NCBI GenBank assembly: GCA_003971905.1
Contig: RSEE01000006.1
Coordinates: 248,001 to 312,000 of the forward strand
Direction of reading: 5' to 3'
From: Moniliella sp. 'wahieum'
Lineage: Eukaryota
Length of the DNA stretch: 64,000 bases
The notes under the pieces were generated by a model that searched no databases, was not told the origin of the DNA, and worked only from the letters and a program-made list of their open reading frames with translations. Below, piece by piece: positions 61,319 through 64,000 of this stretch (the stretch's first letter is position 1; each line of letters begins with the position of its first letter). A program made the translations under genes and the position numbers.

Positions 61319-64000
61319 TCATCGATGGATGAAAAATCGCCATCGGCTATCGGAGTTATGACTGCCTGCGGCCATCTGCAATGTTTCAACCATGCTTTCA
61401 CCACCGCTGCTCCCCGCGTCTACTAGGCGCGGCGAGGCGGGCGAGGCGGGCGAGGCGGGCGGGGCGGGCGCGCGTCTTCGCCATCGGCTTGTCGCCCGAG
61501 GCCAGCACCTCCTCCAGCCCCTTCTCGCCCTTCCGCACCGCCTCCCCACCGCCCACGTATGGCGCGCCCACATCGGCGCAGCGGCCTGGCCACCGCGCTG
61601 GACCAGCGTCTCCTGCAGCGCCCGCACCCAGCTAGCCCGCTCCGCCTCCGAATCAGCCAGGAACTGCACCGTCTCGCCCGCTGCTGTCACGCGGAAGGCG
61701 CCCTCTAGCCCAGCCTCCTCTTCGTCCCCCACCTCCACCCGCCCGCTTCGAGACTCATGTCCAGCACCGTGCGCTGCGTCACTTCGTTCCGCGCCACCAA
61801 TCGGCCCCGCGCAGTTCCACCCGTCTGCGCCGCCATGGCGCCCCACCCGTGCCTCCTTGAGTCAAAATGCCACTGAGCGTGACCTTGCTCTCCCTCTCGG
61901 CCGCGCGCATCCCGGCTTCGCACTCGCTTATCCGTCCAGGCGTGCGCGCCCCCACCCCCGGCGCAGAAGGCACAAAGAACACACTTAGCTGCAAACGTTC
62001 CCCGTGGCTCGGTCGGTGCCCTGGTTCCTGCGCCTGCACCATCAGTTTTTACCCAGGCAGCGTCACTTGCTTCTGTACCTTTTCCCAACCCTCGCCCGCC
62101 CACGGATCAAAGGCCACCTCACTTGGCCCACGTGCCCTGTTGGGCCAAGAAGTGTTCGGAGCGGAGAAGCCGTGGTGTGGACGGGGCGACGCGACTTGGA
62201 GCCGGAGGGGGCGTCGCGGCCTTGGCAGCAACGGGAGCGGGACGGACAGGCACGGTACGTCCCTCCCGTTCTTCCTCCTTATCCTTCTTCTTAGGGCTGC
62301 GCAAGAGACGGGAAAGGAACTTTCTTTCTTGGGGGAGCCGGGAGCCGTATGGGGTGGGGTAGCCGGCCGAACGGGGGCCGACCGAACGGGACTAGCAGGC
62401 CGGTGCGGTGAAGGTGTCCGTGTGGGTGCGGCTGCGATGCTGGTGGCGGTGCCAGCGGCGGTTGCCGCACATAGGCAGGCGGATTGGTCGGGGGAAGTAT
62501 TTGCAGTCCTACCCGGAACGTTAGGTCACGGGCGTATTGCATCTCAAACTCTTGGCCCAAGAGCGTGGTCTGCCGAAGGGGAAAACGACGGTTGGTCTGT
62601 ACCTTGTTCTTACCATTGTCGAGCCGAAGCTCAAAGTAGGTTTCAGCCTCGATCGGCAGCGATGCAGCCGCGGTAAAAAATCGACACGGAGAAACACTTT
62701 GCCTGGGGGAAGCGGCGCCGACACGAGAGCCGAAGTCGAAACTGCAGCTGAAGCCGTAGACGGAGAGGCGGTGGCATCAGGCGATTCGGCGATTCCCATC
62801 TGTCCCGTAAAAGTCAGTTCCTGCCACAAGGCAGGGGATCTCAACACGTACCATTTTGGTCGGGCTTCTCGCACGTGCAGGTGGACGGTAGGTATCGCGG
62901 ATGGAGATCGTCTTTCGTTGGTGCATCTTATACTTGGGTCCTTGTTTCTGGATGCGGCTCAGCTCGCGTTGCAGGCCAAAGCCAAACTCTTTCTCAGCTG
63001 CGTCACCCAAACGGGGGAGGCTCGGTAGCTCGGCAACTGGTATCTGCCTTGTTTGTGTCTCAGGCAGTTGGACCTCGTCCATTTCGCCCTCCTCCAAATG
63101 AGCCGCTTCAGCTGGCATTTCGACCGTTTGAGGCGCCACTGTCGGTGGCTTGGCCGCGATTGGGGTCAACAACTCGGCCGAGCGGCTACACGGTGCCCGC
63201 CCTGCCTCCCGATGTGCCTCGGTGGGTTCATCAGCACGTCTGACACGAAAGAAGTGATAGAGGGAAGACAAAACTGGATGCGTCCTCGTCACCGTGCGCC
63301 CAGGGCAAGTCCAACCCTTTCCCAGCGTGCCCAAGCCCACCGATACACGCGGCGGGCGCGGGATCATGCGCTCGAGCGGACTGACGGGCGGTTCAAAGTG
63401 AGACACGCGGGAGGGACTAGGTTGGGGCGACCGTGTTTCCTCCCGCAGCTCGGGGACACGAGGGCGGGCCAGCATCGCGTGTGGCGTCCATACTGGTGTC
63501 CAAGGGAGGTGGCATGGGGCGACTGGGGGAATGGATGGGACGCAAGGGAGGGAAGAGGTCATGCGGGCAGCTTCTTCGTCAGCGGGTGTGCCATCGTCGT
63601 GGGACGCATCCAGTTGAGAGGAGAGGGAGGCGGTGCGATGAGGACGCCGTTGGCAGACCGAATGGGGGGTGGAGAAGTGGTAATGGACTGGGAAGAAGCA
63701 GTGGCAGAAGTGGCACAGCTGGACTCGAGATGGTACTCTTGCACGTCGTGTGTTTCGTCAAAAGTAACCGTCTTGCGACGGACCAGCGGGCGGTTGGTGC
63801 GGCGGCGGCGGCAAGGCAATGCCCAGGCCGATGCCGCGGGCTTGCGGGGGAGCCTGGCGCACCTGGAGCGCAGTCGGGTGGGTGGCCATGGGGATGGTGG
63901 GTGTGCAAGGGTGGTGTGTTCGCCCAAAGAAAAAGGAGGTACAGAAGTTTAGGATGGTGGCCGTGGGTTGGCGTAGACTCTACCAGGGGGTGGACTCCTG
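61319..64000 (-). CDS. Bud4/anillin-like septin organiser (DUF1709 + PH), 5'-truncated by the window edge
   Basis: RRKTVTFDETHDVQEY, FGFGLQRELSRI, GKVFLRV, GQEFE, C-terminal PH-like AFRVTAAGETVQFLADSEAERASWVRAL..APMW. Confidence 0.75.

Overview
Eukaryotic (fungal, most likely basidiomycete) genomic DNA: GC-rich, with short GT-AG introns (GTACGT/GTATGT/GTGCGT donors, CTRAY branch points). Single-base indels break nearly every gene, including essential ones, which points to an unpolished long-read assembly rather than pseudogenes. About 25 protein-coding loci are visible: aldehyde reductase II-like SDR, Ssk1 response regulator, Mpp6-like, GAPDH, a secreted ricin-B-like protein, G-alpha, RPS23, a DHX29/57-like helicase, DUF4097, APC11, JEN1, MLH3, DsbA/FrnE, EBP-like, VPS26, HIS6, SQT1, dynamitin, DDB1, GMF, PEF1, MMT1-like, Bud4-like and two uncharacterised ORFs. 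There is also one intron-containing tRNA-Ile(AAT). Three things stand out. (1) A pervasive intergenic micro-grammar: about 40 units of TSA-[4-bp palindrome]-TSA (S=C/G) in which the palindrome is mostly built from the two bases flanking the site. This looks like repeated hairpin-type (P-nucleotide) excision or repair scars of an unidentified TNA-centred transposase or nuclease. (2) An in-frame fusion of the N-terminal 55 codons of ribosomal protein eL27 to the DExH helicase, under a ribosomal-protein-type bidirectional promoter. (3) GAPDH ends in a PTS1-like AKL, with a second SKL after the stop. CDS coordinates span frameshifts and introns and are approximate where stated. All family assignments come from motif recognition; no database search was run.
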